DNA from: Ignavibacteria bacterium | Lineage (GTDB): Bacteria > Bacteroidota > Ignavibacteria > SZUA-365 | Length of the DNA stretch: 64,000 bases | Direction: 5' to 3' | NCBI GenBank assembly: GCA_016720835.1 | Contig: JADKJW010000002.1 | Coordinates: forward strand, 199,036 to 263,035 | Shown here: in pieces, positions 1 through 10,600 of the stretch | How positions within the stretch are numbered: the first letter of the stretch is position 1 | How the letters are laid out: the number at the start of each line of letters is the position of its first letter | Translations under genes and position numbers: made by a program | The notes under the pieces: generated by a model | Seen by the model: the letters and a program-made list of their open reading frames with translations, nothing else | Told to the model about the DNA's origin: nothing | Databases searched by the model: none

Positions 1-1
1 C

Positions 2-1624
2 AACATCGACTCGCTGCAGGCGGGACGCTATGCGCGCAAACTCGGGTACGGCCGCGTGAACGCCCTGCGGGCGCTCACGCTCTCGCTGCCGTCCGTGCGC
101 ATGGTCTCGTTCACGCTGAGCGACGCGAAGTACGGCAACGGCAACACCGTGCTGGAACGCGGAGAAAAACTCGAACTGCGCATGCGCTGGAAGAACTTCC
201 TCGGGACGACGAAGAACGCGACGGTGAAGCTCAGCTCCCCGAGTCCGAACGTGACGATCCTCAATCCCGATTTCACGCTCGGCACGCTGGGCACGAATGA
301 GGAGAAGAACAACGAGGCCGATCCCTTCGTGATACAGCTCGCGGACGTCGAGGCGCTCAACGAGCAGCTCGACATGTTCTTCACCATCACGGACGACGGG
401 TACAGCGACTACGGCGGACTCTCCTTCATCCAGCAGCCCACCTACCGCGACCACAACGCCAACGAGATCGTCACGACCATTTCCAACGACGGCAACATCG
501 GTTTCGACGACTTCACGGGCGTGCGGGGCAAGGGCTACATCTTCCGGAACAATGGCTTCAATGTGCTCTTCGAAGGCGCGCTGATGATCGGCGCCACGGT
601 GAACGGCAGTCCGCAGGTGGTGGACGTGGCGCGCAACGAGAGCGGCAACGTGCAGTGCGCCGATTTCGTGGGCGCAACGCCGGTGGTGATGACCACGCCG
701 GGGACGATCGCCGCGCAGGAGGGAATCACGGAATTCACCGACAACAGCGCCCCGGAATTCGACAAGATCGGCGTCACGGTGAAACTCCACACCTACGAAT
801 TCATCGAGGCCGGTCTCACGGGCCTCGTCTTCCTGAAATACACCATCATCAACACGTCCGCGCAGACCTTGACGGATCTGCACGCCGGTCTCTTCTTCGA
901 CTGGGACATTGGCGTGGGCGCGACCAGCGATCTCTCGGATTTCGACACGACCTCTCTCACCGCGTTCGCGTACGAGGCGGGCACGCGCGTGCCGACCGTC
1001 ATCGGCGCGACCGTGCTGTCACGCGGAAAGCCGACGCACTTCGTCTCGATCAACAATCCGGACGCGGACAGCAAGACGGTGTTCGGCATCCACAACGGCT
1101 TCACGAAGGAAGAGAAATGGCGGGCGCTCAGTTCCGGCATCTGGCACATTCAGAGCATCGTCACGGACGTGGCCCAGGTGATCGCCAACGGCCCGTACGC
1201 GCTGTCTCCGGGCGACAGCTGCGTGGTCGGTTTCGCGTTGAGCGCGGGCCTGTCTCCCGCCGACGTCATCAAGCTCACACCGAAAGCCCTCGACGCGTGG
1301 ACACGCCTGATTTCACCCGTCACGACGGCGGAACTCCCGGCGGCTCCCGGCGGATTCGGCATCGTGTCGGCGTATCCCCATCCCTTCCGCGCGGGCGCGG
1401 GGAACACGCTGACGGCAGTCTTCGATGTGCCGTCGGCATCCTCGGTGTCGCTCGAGCTCATTGACGCGCTCGGACGCAGGGCGGCGACGCTCGTGAGCGC
1501 GACGCTCACGCCCGGGCGGCACAACGCCAGCATCGCGCCGTCCTCGCTGCCTCCCGGCATGTACACATTGCGACTGGCCGCCGACGGAAAGTCCTCGCTT
1601 CGCCGGATCGTCCTCCAGCGCTAG
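2..1624 (+). CDS. C-terminal part (5' truncated by window edge) of a secreted subtilase (S8)-family protein with an extra ~400-aa domain and a T9SS C-terminal sorting domain
   Basis: The window opens in frame on ...GYGRVNALRAL, the typical end of an S8 catalytic domain. The last ~90 aa (GFGIVSAYPHPFRAG...MYTLRLAADGKSSLRRIVLQR) match the T9SS type-A C-terminal domain. Composition is protein-like throughout. Confidence 0.55.
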   Translation, partial: NIDSLQAGRYARKLGYGRVNALRALTLSLPSVRMVSFTLSDAKYGNGNTVLERGEKLELRMRWKNFLGTTKNATVKLSSPSPNVTILNPDFTLGTLGTNEEKNNEADPFVIQLADVEALNEQLDMFFTITDDGYSDYGGLSFIQQPTYRDHNANEIVTTISNDGNIGFDDFTGVRGKGYIFRNNGFNVLFEGALMIGATVNGSPQVVDVARNESGNVQCADFVGATPVVMTTPGTIAAQEGITEFTDNSAPEFDKIGVTVKLHTYEFIEAGLTGLVFLKYTIINTSAQTLTDLHAGLFFDWDIGVGATSDLSDFDTTSLTAFAYEAGTRVPTVIGATVLSRGKPTHFVSINNPDADSKTVFGIHNGFTKEEKWRALSSGIWHIQSIVTDVAQVIANGPYALSPGDSCVVGFALSAGLSPADVIKLTPKALDAWTRLISPVTTAELPAAPGGFGIVSAYPHPFRAGAGNTLTAVFDVPSASSVSLELIDALGRRAATLVSATLTPGRHNASIAPSSLPPGMYTLRLAADGKSSLRRIVLQR

Positions 1625-3879
1625 CGCGTCCCGGCGAAGGTCCGGAAATATCCGCACTCCCGCAGCGCTTCACGGGTGAAGTCCGTCGAGGCGTACTCGG
1701 ATATCAGCGCGCGGAAATACTTCCCCGCGCGAAAATCTCCGACATAGCCGGCGGGTTTGTAGAGGAAGAACGCATTCTGTTCGCATTTCGCGGCCATGAA
1801 GACGCACCGCGCGCGAAACTCGGGATCCGACGAGGCTCGCATCGCGACGAGGTACGCCTGTTCGGCGCGGCCGCACGCGAACACGGGATCGCCGCGCCAG
1901 CGCTCCGCCTCGCTGATGGACACATATTCGCGGCGCCCGATCTCCGTCTCGTACACGCGCCGGGCATTGCCGAAGAACGTCATGTTGTAGTACCCGTTCG
2001 CCAACGCGAAGGCGTTGACGCTCGCGTTCTTCGGATCGCGGGCAACGCGTTCCTTCAGGTCGCGCATCCGCTTCGCGAAATCCAGCTTCGTGTACCGGAC
2101 TCGAGCGGGATCCGCGTGGTCGCAGTCGTGACAGTCGTTGATATGGATGACGAACGGATCGCCGGGCAGCCCGGCATCGCCTGATCCTGTGAAGGATTCG
2201 AACATCGCCACCGCTTCGGCGAGACGATCCTCGTACAGCAGCGCAACTGCCTGGTACTCGATGATATCGGATCGCGAGTACCGGTGGAAGTCCAGCAGAA
2301 GTCGGTCGAACGGGCTCTTTCGCGGATGATCCATGAAGGTCAGCATCGCGGCGCGGAGCCGCGGCGAGAGATAGAAATTCGGAAATCCCTCGTCGAAGAG
2401 ACAGGCCGCCCTGACCGAGTCGCCCGCCGAGGCGTAGAGGAGGGACATGCGCTTGCGGGCATAGTCGAGGACCGTGCCGCCGCGCAGGACGGGATCGTGT
2501 CCGTTGTCGCGCAGCCAGCGCAATTCGACGGCGGCATACGCTTCAAACTCCGCGGTCGGCATGTCAAGCAGATCGATGCGGCGGAGAAGCTCGATGGAGC
2601 GCACCTGCTCGAGCACGAGGGCATCCGACGACGCGCCGTCGCGCGCCCGCGCGAGGTGCGACGCGGCGTCCGCATTCCTGCCGCCGAGCAGCAGCAGATA
2701 CCCCGCGGCGAGATCCCAGAGATACGGTTTCGCGGAGCTCCGCAGGGCGGCGGCGCGCTGCACGAAGCGCTGCAATGCCGTGTCCACCGCCGCCCGCTTG
2801 AAGCGGTAGTCGGCGGGCACGGAGGGATCGCCCTGCCAGCGCTCGGGCATGACGCGTTCCTCCTCGATCGCGACGGCGCGGACGAGGAGCAGGGCCAGCA
2901 GATCCGACGCGGGATCGATGGCCGCGATTTCCTTCATGGATCGCAGCGGGTCGCCGTACAAGCCGTTGAGTTGCCAGAGCAATGCGCGTTCGCGGGGGCT
3001 TTCCGCGCGCGCGAGGGCGGCTCGGAGGAGCGGTTCATCGAGAGGGCGATAACTCAGATACGCGCTGATGCGCATGGTCGCGCACTGGTCAAAGATCCGC
3101 GCGTACAGGAGATCCGCCTCGGGCTGCCGGCCCAGACGAAGCAGGGAGCCCGCGGCATACCCCATCGCGCGCCAGCGCAGGCTGCCTCCCGCGTCGAAGT
3201 CCGCGAGATGCCGGGTGTAACTTCCGACGCAGGCCTCGTGCATGCGCCCGTGGAACTGCAGCCGCAGCACCTGGAATCGATACCGCGTGCGGACAAACGC
3301 CGAGCGCGCTCGGGCCTCCGCGCGCTGCCCCGCGGCGATCAACGCGGCGATGGCTTTCGTGTCGCGTCTCGGATCCGGGGCAGCCTTGCGCGATGTCCAG
3401 TCCCAGCCCGGCACGAAGGTCACAAACGGCGCGCAGCGCTTGGCGTACCCGAGGTAGAAGAGGAAGTCCGTCGCCGTCCGCGCCGCGGGAAGACGCAGGA
3501 CGCTGTTCTCCCGGAGCGATGCCGCGCCGGCGACGGCGCTCCCCCGCGCGAGACGGATAAGCGTGTCCACCTGCGGGATGGTGGCGCGCGTGATCAGAAA
3601 CGCGAGATCGCTGTCGGACACGACGCCGCCGAAGTGCGCCGACCATTCCTTCACGTTGATCGAATCGAAATCGGCGATGTTGTCGTCCTTCATGGCCACG
3701 CCGTAGAGCGTGTGGAAGGTCCGGAAAAACGGCCGGTCGCCGTCGGCGCGGCTGACCTCAGGCGCGAAGAAGCTGAAGGACATCGCGTCCTCGTCGATCC
3801 AACTGCAGGCGATGGCGATGCCCGCCGCGAGGAGGAGCACCGGGCTAGCGAAAAGCGCCGTAGATTTTATCGATGTCAT
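1621..3879 (-). CDS. hypothetical lipoprotein / alpha-helical secreted protein (753 aa)
   Basis: The track ORF 1621..3978 was trimmed to the ATG at 3879 (MTSIKSTALFASPVLLLAAGIAIACSW). It has a signal peptide with a Cys lipobox-like end and protein-like composition. No family recognised. Confidence 0.5.
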   Translation of the reverse strand: MTSIKSTALFASPVLLLAAGIAIACSWIDEDAMSFSFFAPEVSRADGDRPFFRTFHTLYGVAMKDDNIADFDSINVKEWSAHFGGVVSDSDLAFLITRATIPQVDTLIRLARGSAVAGAASLRENSVLRLPAARTATDFLFYLGYAKRCAPFVTFVPGWDWTSRKAAPDPRRDTKAIAALIAAGQRAEARARSAFVRTRYRFQVLRLQFHGRMHEACVGSYTRHLADFDAGGSLRWRAMGYAAGSLLRLGRQPEADLLYARIFDQCATMRISAYLSYRPLDEPLLRAALARAESPRERALLWQLNGLYGDPLRSMKEIAAIDPASDLLALLLVRAVAIEEERVMPERWQGDPSVPADYRFKRAAVDTALQRFVQRAAALRSSAKPYLWDLAAGYLLLLGGRNADAASHLARARDGASSDALVLEQVRSIELLRRIDLLDMPTAEFEAYAAVELRWLRDNGHDPVLRGGTVLDYARKRMSLLYASAGDSVRAACLFDEGFPNFYLSPRLRAAMLTFMDHPRKSPFDRLLLDFHRYSRSDIIEYQAVALLYEDRLAEAVAMFESFTGSGDAGLPGDPFVIHINDCHDCDHADPARVRYTKLDFAKRMRDLKERVARDPKNASVNAFALANGYYNMTFFGNARRVYETEIGRREYVSISEAERWRGDPVFACGRAEQAYLVAMRASSDPEFRARCVFMAAKCEQNAFFLYKPAGYVGDFRAGKYFRALISEYASTDFTREALRECGYFRTFAGTR

Positions 3880-4933
3880 CGGAGGTGTACCTCGAGAAGT
3901 AGACGGAATCGCAGGCAAAGAGCGCGACGCGTCGCGGCGCCGGGGGCAGCGCCCGCATCGCCCGCTCCGCCGCGGCAAGGCAGACGGACGCCGGAACGTC
4001 CTCGCATTTGAGCACGTCGCCCGCGGCGAGAAAACTGCCGCGGACCAGCAGCGGCCGCGCGGCGACGAAGCGCCGCGCGTCGAGCGGCGTCAACCCGTCG
4101 GTGTCCCGGATATCGGATACCGACGTCCGGTTCAGGATGCCCGCCATCGCTCCGCCGCGAAAATGCAGCGTCCAATGGAAGATCGGCAGCGCCACGTCCA
4201 GCGGCAGCGGGTAGCGCGCCAGGGAGGCGAGATAGGCCCGCGCGTCCTCGTCCCGGTAAATGGAATTGTCCCCGGCATTCGGGCGCATGCGGCCCGTGTT
4301 GTAGTCCATGAGCATGCCGCGATCGACCGGCGGCACCCCCGCGCGGTCCGGGTACTTCGCCTGGTGGAGGCGGATGGTGGCGGTGAGGCGGGCGCCCCGC
4401 GCATGGAGCGCGTCGCGGAGCGCGCGCGCGACGCCGAAGAAGGCCTCGCGCGTGGACGGGGTCCAGTCGCAGTCGAGCTGAAATTCGGAGAATCGAATCC
4501 CGTTCTCCGATGCAATGCGGTCCGCGGCGTCGAGGATGTCGCGGCCGAGCAGGGCGGCGCTGTCCGCGGAGAGCGTGCGCAGGGCGCGGACGGTGATGAA
4601 GACGACCGGCACGACGCGCAGGGCCGCGGCGGGCGGCTCGCGGAAGGCGATCGGCGCGACAGGCAGAGGCCGCGGACTCCCCTCCTCGCGGTCGACATCG
4701 AAGAAGCGGATGTACATGGCGCCGACGCGCGCGTCGCGCAGCATGGCGCGTTCCGGCGGCGAGAGGGCGTAGACGGTTCTCCAGTAGTACATCGCCCGCT
4801 CGACCGGCGGCGACGAGCAGGCGACGGCGCACAGGGGAAGGACGCACAGCGCGCGGGCGAGACCCCGCGCCAGCCGCCGCCGCTCCCCGTCCGCGGAGCA
4901 GGGGACGCGCATGCGCATCACGGGACCCGGCAT
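3845..4933 (-). CDS. hypothetical lipoprotein (363 aa), possibly a TIM-barrel/glycoside-hydrolase-like DUF
   Basis: The real start is the ATG at 4933 (MPGPVMRMRVPCSADGERRRLARGLARALCVLPLCAVACSS: signal peptide plus lipobox). Upstream of that the ORF is off-frame Arg-rich junk. The gene overlaps the next gene by ~35 nt. Function not recognised. Confidence 0.45.
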   Translation of the reverse strand: MPGPVMRMRVPCSADGERRRLARGLARALCVLPLCAVACSSPPVERAMYYWRTVYALSPPERAMLRDARVGAMYIRFFDVDREEGSPRPLPVAPIAFREPPAAALRVVPVVFITVRALRTLSADSAALLGRDILDAADRIASENGIRFSEFQLDCDWTPSTREAFFGVARALRDALHARGARLTATIRLHQAKYPDRAGVPPVDRGMLMDYNTGRMRPNAGDNSIYRDEDARAYLASLARYPLPLDVALPIFHWTLHFRGGAMAGILNRTSVSDIRDTDGLTPLDARRFVAARPLLVRGSFLAAGDVLKCEDVPASVCLAAAERAMRALPPAPRRVALFACDSVYFSRYTSDDIDKIYGAFR

Positions 4934-4944
4934 CCGGAACCCCG

Positions 4945-5883
4945 TCAGCGGCCGCCGGCGAGCTTCGACCTCGCCGCGGCGAGGACGGGCAGGACGTCGG
5001 GAGGACTCGTCGCGAGCCAGGAATCGAGCACGGGACGCGCGATCTCGGAGAACGCGAAGGACCACCGGATGCGCGGGCGCCGGATGGTCTCGCCGAACAC
5101 TCTGCGGATCTCCGGGTGCGTCTGGTCGCGCTGCGAACCGAGAAACACGCCGAATGCATGCTGGTCGCCGTACATGGCTGCTGCGCGGAGCGCGAAGGTG
5201 ATGCCCGCGTAGACGTTCGCGTCCCCGGCGGCTTCGAACGTGGGAGGCAGGAGCGCGAGCGCCATGGCGGTGAAGGACGCGTCGAGGGTGACGATACGCG
5301 CCGCGGCGCCGAGCGGAAAGAGCTTGCGCCACACCTTCTTCTCATGTGCATCGGCGAGCAGCGCGGCATACTCCTGCTCGAAGTGCGCGCACGTGTAGTC
5401 GAGAAAGGTGTACTGGATGAGGTTGCGGGCATCGACCCAATCCACGCTCGAATCGAGCATCGGCACGAGGGAACGCAGCTTCTGGGGCTGCTGATCGATG
5501 TACAGGTCGAGCACCATCGCCGCGATTTTCCGCAGGTGGATGACGCCGAATTGAAAACCGCGCGCGGCGCCGAACTCGTTCGCATGCGGGATCTGCACCA
5601 TGTGCAGCGGGGCCACATCCCAGAGCCAGGCGCAGAATTCGAAGCCGTTCGGCGGCAATCCGGCAAAGCCCGAACGCAGCGCGCGGGCGATGCGCTTGGT
5701 CAGGTCCGCAACCTGCACGTCCTTGCCGTTCGCGACGGGAGGCTGCTCGAGTTGCACGATGATGTCCTCGAGCGCGGACTCGAAATCTCCGGACACCACA
5801 TGCTGGCTGTTGCGGATGTTGCGCTCGAACACCGCGGCCGCCACTCTCTCGTCGATATGCGCGATCGTCAGTCGGTCTGTCAT
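4945..5883 (-). CDS. hypothetical protein (313 aa), possibly heme-oxygenase-like/iron-containing redox enzyme fold
   Basis: ATG at 5883 (MTDRLTIAHIDERV...). The track's M at 5907 is actually a TTG. Helical, protein-like composition. Family assignment is weak. Confidence 0.4.
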   Translation of the reverse strand: MTDRLTIAHIDERVAAAVFERNIRNSQHVVSGDFESALEDIIVQLEQPPVANGKDVQVADLTKRIARALRSGFAGLPPNGFEFCAWLWDVAPLHMVQIPHANEFGAARGFQFGVIHLRKIAAMVLDLYIDQQPQKLRSLVPMLDSSVDWVDARNLIQYTFLDYTCAHFEQEYAALLADAHEKKVWRKLFPLGAAARIVTLDASFTAMALALLPPTFEAAGDANVYAGITFALRAAAMYGDQHAFGVFLGSQRDQTHPEIRRVFGETIRRPRIRWSFAFSEIARPVLDSWLATSPPDVLPVLAAARSKLAGGR

Positions 5884-5965
5884 GATGGGGGTGTTGAATT
5901 CTCGCAATCAGCAATGTCGAGAAAGTTTCACTCGCGAAAAACATCGGAGCGGAGGCGCGGCCCGT

Positions 5966-6454
5966 TCACTCCAGGTACTGCTTCGGATCGAGCGCCTTCA
6001 CGGTCCACTTGGAGAGGAAGGCGAGCACTTTTTCGGGGCTGTGCGCCTTGCCCTCTTCCAGGAAGCCGCTGTCCTGCGTGTGGAGAAGCATCCCCTTCGC
6101 GTCGATGACGAGGAGCACGGGAAAACCGAAACGCTGCGGATTGCCGTAGCGCGCGAGCAGAGGGAGGTTCTTGTTCTCCGTGCTGTAATTGACGCGGACG
6201 AACACGTAGTTGTCCCGGATCATCGCTGCGATGGTGTCGTTGCCGCTGAACAGCTTCTCCAGCCTGATGCACCATGGACACCAGTTTCCGCCCACCTGCG
6301 CCAGGACCTGCTTGCCTTCCGCCGCGGCCCGGGCGATCGCCTGCTGCACCTCTTTCCCGGCGTCGGCGTCCGGATTGTAGATTTTCACCGCCTGCTTTTC
6401 CTGCGCGACCGCCATGGCGGAAAGCAGCAGGACTAGGAACACATATGGATTCAT
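5966..6454 (-). CDS. secreted thioredoxin-fold protein (thiol:disulfide oxidoreductase-like)
   Basis: N-terminal signal peptide (MNPYVFLVLLLSAMAVAQE). Contains the WCPWC redox motif (GGNWCPWCIRLEKLF). A GGAG sits 8 nt upstream of the ATG. Confidence 0.7.
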   Translation of the reverse strand: MNPYVFLVLLLSAMAVAQEKQAVKIYNPDADAGKEVQQAIARAAAEGKQVLAQVGGNWCPWCIRLEKLFSGNDTIAAMIRDNYVFVRVNYSTENKNLPLLARYGNPQRFGFPVLLVIDAKGMLLHTQDSGFLEEGKAHSPEKVLAFLSKWTVKALDPKQYLE

Positions 6455-6531
6455 CGTCCGATCTCCGTGGTGTTGGACTGCAATCTATCCCGCGCCGCTC
6501 TGGAAAGAAAACCCGGCGCAGGGGCGCCGGA

Positions 6532-7440
6532 TCAGAGCAGTTTCATCAGCAGCGGCACGGCGATCTCCGCGAGACCTTCCACCTTCCGGAGGGCATCCGC
6601 TTTCTCTTCGTTCGACAAGGCGGCGTCCGCGACGATTCCCATCAGCTCCGCGAACCGCTGTTTATCCGTCGCGGTCGGCGTGATGGCGAGGATCTCCTCG
6701 TCCGTCAAGCGCGTCAGGCCTGATACTTTCGCGGCGAAGGCATCGTCCGTCTGCTTTTTCGCCTTCTTCCTGATTTCATCCCATGTGCTGCTCACGGCCG
6801 CTCTCCTTTGCTGTCGATGGTGGATTTGATGGCGTCGTACAGGGAGGTGGCCTTGGCGGATGCCGCGCCCGCCTTTTTCAGGTAGGCGTCGAACGTCCTC
6901 TCGATCAGTTCCAGATCCACCGTGCCGCCGGAGACGGATTTCACGGCCGCGGTGACGGACGTCGTGGCTTCCTCCACGGAGACCGCGGACTGCAGCAGCC
7001 GCGTGATGCCCGTGTTGCCCTGCAGCAGCTGCGCGTAATGGTGATCGCTCCGCGTCAGCAGGAGAACCCTCGTGTTCTCCAGATCGGCATGCTTCTGGTC
7101 GCGCTCGACCATGACGTCGCGGAGCACGTCCTTCATCTGCAGCGGGGTGAGGGGTTTCGGACTGGCCGGCGGCTTTCAGCGCGGCCTGGATATTGGCAAG
7201 GTAGGCCGGGAGGTATTCATTTTCGATCCACTGGTCCACCTGCTGCTTCTTCGACGCGAAGTACGCGTTGAGGACGCCCGTATAGCTTCTCCGGCTCTCC
7301 GCGATGCCCTTGCCGACCTCCGCGCTCAGTTCGACGGATTCCTTCGGGATGCTCGCGCACGCGCCGGCGATCATCGTCAGCGCGACGAGGACGGCGCCGA
7401 TGGAGGCTCGGGTTCCGGCGGCGCGTGGATGGTGCTTCAT
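6532..7440 (-). pseudogene. lipoprotein gene disrupted by a +1 frameshift near 7140-7175 (poly-C run). A possible separate small GTGA-coupled ORF occupies 6532..6797.
   Basis: Frame A from the ATG at 7440 (MKHHPRAAG...LVALTMIAGACAS lipoprotein signal ...NIQAALKAAGQSETPHP) turns into Arg/Gly-rich junk. The protein-like continuation (LQMKDVLRDVMVERDQKHADLE...DSKGERP*) lies in frame +1 and ends at 6792. The frame-B stop TGA overlaps a GTG in frame A (ccGTGAgc), which opens a protein-like 87-aa ORF (..STWDEIRKKAKKQTDDAF...LLMKLL). The shift falls in ccccTCAcccc. Confidence 0.45.
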
Positions 7441-7588
7441 GAGGAACGCTCCTTTCAGACGGTGAGTGACCGCGCGACGTCCGGACTTCCCCGGCAAGCG
7501 TCGATGACGGGAGCGCCGCGCGCACGTTGTCCGATAGTAGCATGGGAAGCGGTGATTGTCAAGAGAAATCCGAACCTGCGCGACGGGA

Positions 7589-7626
7589 TACAAAAAGAGG
7601 TCCGGCTTCGTCGAAGCCGGACCTCT
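7589..7626 (-). terminator. Rho-independent terminator after the giant ice-binding-like gene
   Basis: A perfect 13-15 bp palindrome AGAGGTCCGGCTTCG/CGAAGCCGGACCTCT. On the minus strand it is followed by CTTTTTGT. It sits 17 nt past the stop codon. Confidence 0.7.
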
Positions 7627-7642
7627 GATTTCCGCAGGACGG

Positions 7643-10600
7643 TTACTTGCTGAGAATCATCTTCATCGAGGCGACGAAGTTCCCGGCCTGGAGTCGATAG
7701 GTGTAAATGCCGGAGGGGAGTTGGCGCGCGCCTTCGTTGCTGTTGAATTCCACAGCGTAGATGCCCGCTTCCTGCCTGCCGTTGACGAGTGTTGCGACCT
7801 CACTGCCAAGCAGCGAGTAGACCTTGAGTGAAACCAGGGAGGCTTCCGCAAGACTGTACTGAATGGTCGTGGACGGGTTGAAGGGGTTCGGATAGTTCTG
7901 CGACAGCACGAAACCCTCTCCGAGTTCGAGAGGCGTCTGCACGTCCGTCGTGCCCGCGGTGGTGAAGGTCCACGTGTAGTCCGCTTCCATCGCGTTGCCG
8001 GCCAGGTCCTTGACGCCGGACGTGACCGTCGCGGTGTAGAGGGTGGCCGCGTCCAGCGGATTCGTCGGAGTGAATGTCGCCGTCACGCCGAGATAGGAGA
8101 CGGTGCCCGCCACCGGCGTCGCGCCGTGCTTCAGCATGAACGTGTACAGCGTGATCGTGGAGGGATCCATCGGCTCACAGAAGGTCGCGGAGACCGTGGT
8201 GTTGATCGAAACGCCTGTCGCAAGGTTCGTCGGGTCCGTGCAGCATACCTTCGGATGGGTCGTGTCCGCAACAGGACCGGTGAAGAAGCTCCACACGTAA
8301 TCGAGGAGCATGTGGTTGCCGGCGAGGTCGCGCACTCCGGTGGTGATCCGTCCCGTATACAGGGTATTCGGGGTGAGCGGACTTGCCGGTGTGAAACTCG
8401 CCGTGGTGCCGGCGTAGGTGACGGTACCCGGAACGGGTGCGGTCCCCTGCGTCAGCGTGAACGTCGTGTTGTCGATGGACGCAGGGTTCATCGGCTCGCT
8501 GAAGGTTGCCGTGATGATCTTTCCGGGCGGAACACCGGTAGCTGCATGAGGCGGGTCCGTGGAAATGACGAACGGCGCCGTGTTGTCGAGAGCCTGGCCG
8601 GTGGTAAAGGTCCACACGTAGTTGCTCACCATGGGATTGCCGGCGAGATCTTCGACTCCCGTGGTGATCGTTGCGGTGTAGACGGTGTTGGGTTCGAGAT
8701 TGTTGAACGGCACAAAGGTCGCCGTCGTTCCCGCGTACGTCACAACGCCGCCGACGGGAGTCGTCCCGCTTCTCAGGACGAAGGTGGCGGTGCTGATGGT
8801 CAACGGATCCATCGCCTCGCTGAACGTCGCCGTGATGATTTTATTGAGAACGACACCCGTGGCCGCGTTCGCGGGGTCGGTGGAGATCACGAACGGCGCG
8901 GTGACGTCCGGTGCAATACCGGTGGTGAAACTCCAGGTGTAGGAGGTCACCATGGCATTGCCGGCAAGATCCTCGACGCCGTTGGTGACGGTGGCGGTGT
9001 ACGTGGTATTGGCCGCCAGATCATCGTACGGATCAAACGTCGCCGTGACGCCGGCATAGGTCACCGTGCCCGCGACCTGCGTTTGCCCCCGCATGAGGAT
9101 GAAGGTGGTCGTGTTGATGGTGAACGGATCCATCCGTTCACTGAAGGTTGCCGCGATTTTCTTGTTGATCGCCACGCCGATGGCAGCACTCGCGGGGTCC
9201 GTTGAGATGATGTATGGCGCAGTGATGTCGGGGGCCGATCCGGTGGTAAAGCTCCATGTATAGGGGGCGAGCATCGCGTTCCCCGCAAGGTCCTTGACCC
9301 CTGTGGTGATGGTGGCGGTGTAGGTGGTATTGTTTGCGAGCGGGATGAGCGGGGCGAAGGTCGCCGTGATGCCCGCATAGGTGACGGTCCCCGCAATGGG
9401 GGTGTTGCCCTGCTTGAGCAGGAACGTCGCGGTGCTTATGGTGTGCGGATCCATGGCTTCGCTGAACGTGGCGGCGATCTTTTTGTTGATCTGCACGAAC
9501 GTCGCTCCGTTCCATGGGTCCGTCGAACTGACGGTCGGATGAATGCTGTCCGGAGCCGCGCCTGTCCTGAACCGCCACGTGTACGGGAGCAGCATCGTGT
9601 TGCCGGCGAGATCTTCCACCAGGGTGGTGATCGTGGCCGTGTACAGCGTGTTGGGCGCGAGGAAGTTGATCGGCGTGAAGGTCGCGATCCTTCCGCCGTA
9701 GGTCACCGTGCCCGGCACCGGGGTGGCACCCTGCGCGAGCAGGAAGCTGAGCACGCTGATCGTGGTCGGATCCATCACTTCGCTGAATGTCGCGGTGATC
9801 TTGATGTTGACGCCCACGCCTGCCGCGCCGTTGAAGGGATAGGTGGAGGTCACGGTCGGATGCGTGGTGTCAGGCCCGTTCCCGGTGTTGAAGAACCAGA
9901 CATAATTCTCGAGCATCGCCGTCCCCGAGAGATCCTTGACGCCGTTGGTGATGGTGGCGGTGTACACCGTACTGCCGACGAGCGGAGATGAGGGGGTAAA
10001 GGTTGCGGTGAGACCGGCATAGGTCACGGTGCCCGCGACGGGAAGCGACCCCACCTTCAGAGTAAATGTGGACGTCGTAATCGTGGTCGGATCCATCGTT
10101 TCACTGAACGTCGCCGCGATCTTCTTGTTGATTGCCACCCCGACAGCGGCATTCACCGGGTCGGTGGAACTGACGGTGGGCGGGATGGTGTCCGGTGCCG
10201 CGCCGGTGACGAAACGCCAGGTGTACGCCACGAGCATCGAGTTGCCGGCAAGATCCTTGACGCCGGTCGTGATGGTGCCCGTGAAAAGCGTGTTCGGGAG
10301 AAGAATGCCTGAAGGCGTGAACACGGCCTTCGCGCCGGAGAGCGTCACCGTGCCCGGAACGGGAGTCGTCCCATGCACGAGCAGGAACGTGCTGGTGTTG
10401 ATTGTCGCGGGATCCATCAGCTCGCTGAAAATGGCGGCCACCCTGGTGTTGATCGGCACATCGGTCGATCCGTTGGCGGGATCCGTGGCGAGGACGATCG
10501 GTCGGATGGTGTCCGGAGCGGGAGCGGTCGTGAAGCTCCACGTGTACGTGTTGAGCAGCGCATTCCCCGCGAGATCCTTGACGCCGGTGGTAATCGTGCC

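Noticed and set aside
6532-7593. 353-aa single ORF read-through of the lipoprotein gene
   Set aside because: The middle third of that frame is Arg/Gly/His-rich junk, whereas a +1 frame over the same bases is clean protein sequence. It was interpreted as a frameshift (or sequencing indel) rather than one continuous gene.
655-9205. Many 100-600-aa ORFs in the track (e.g. 655..1464 +, 2284..4011 +, 3710..5212 +, 3876..5666 -, 5116..6108 +, 5600..6436 +, 6783..7271 +, 8126..9205 +, 9443..9991 +, 10373..11248 +)
   Set aside because: They are off-frame or antisense to genes with strong protein signatures. They are dominated by R/G/A/P runs and show no start-site support. Treated as GC-induced open frames.
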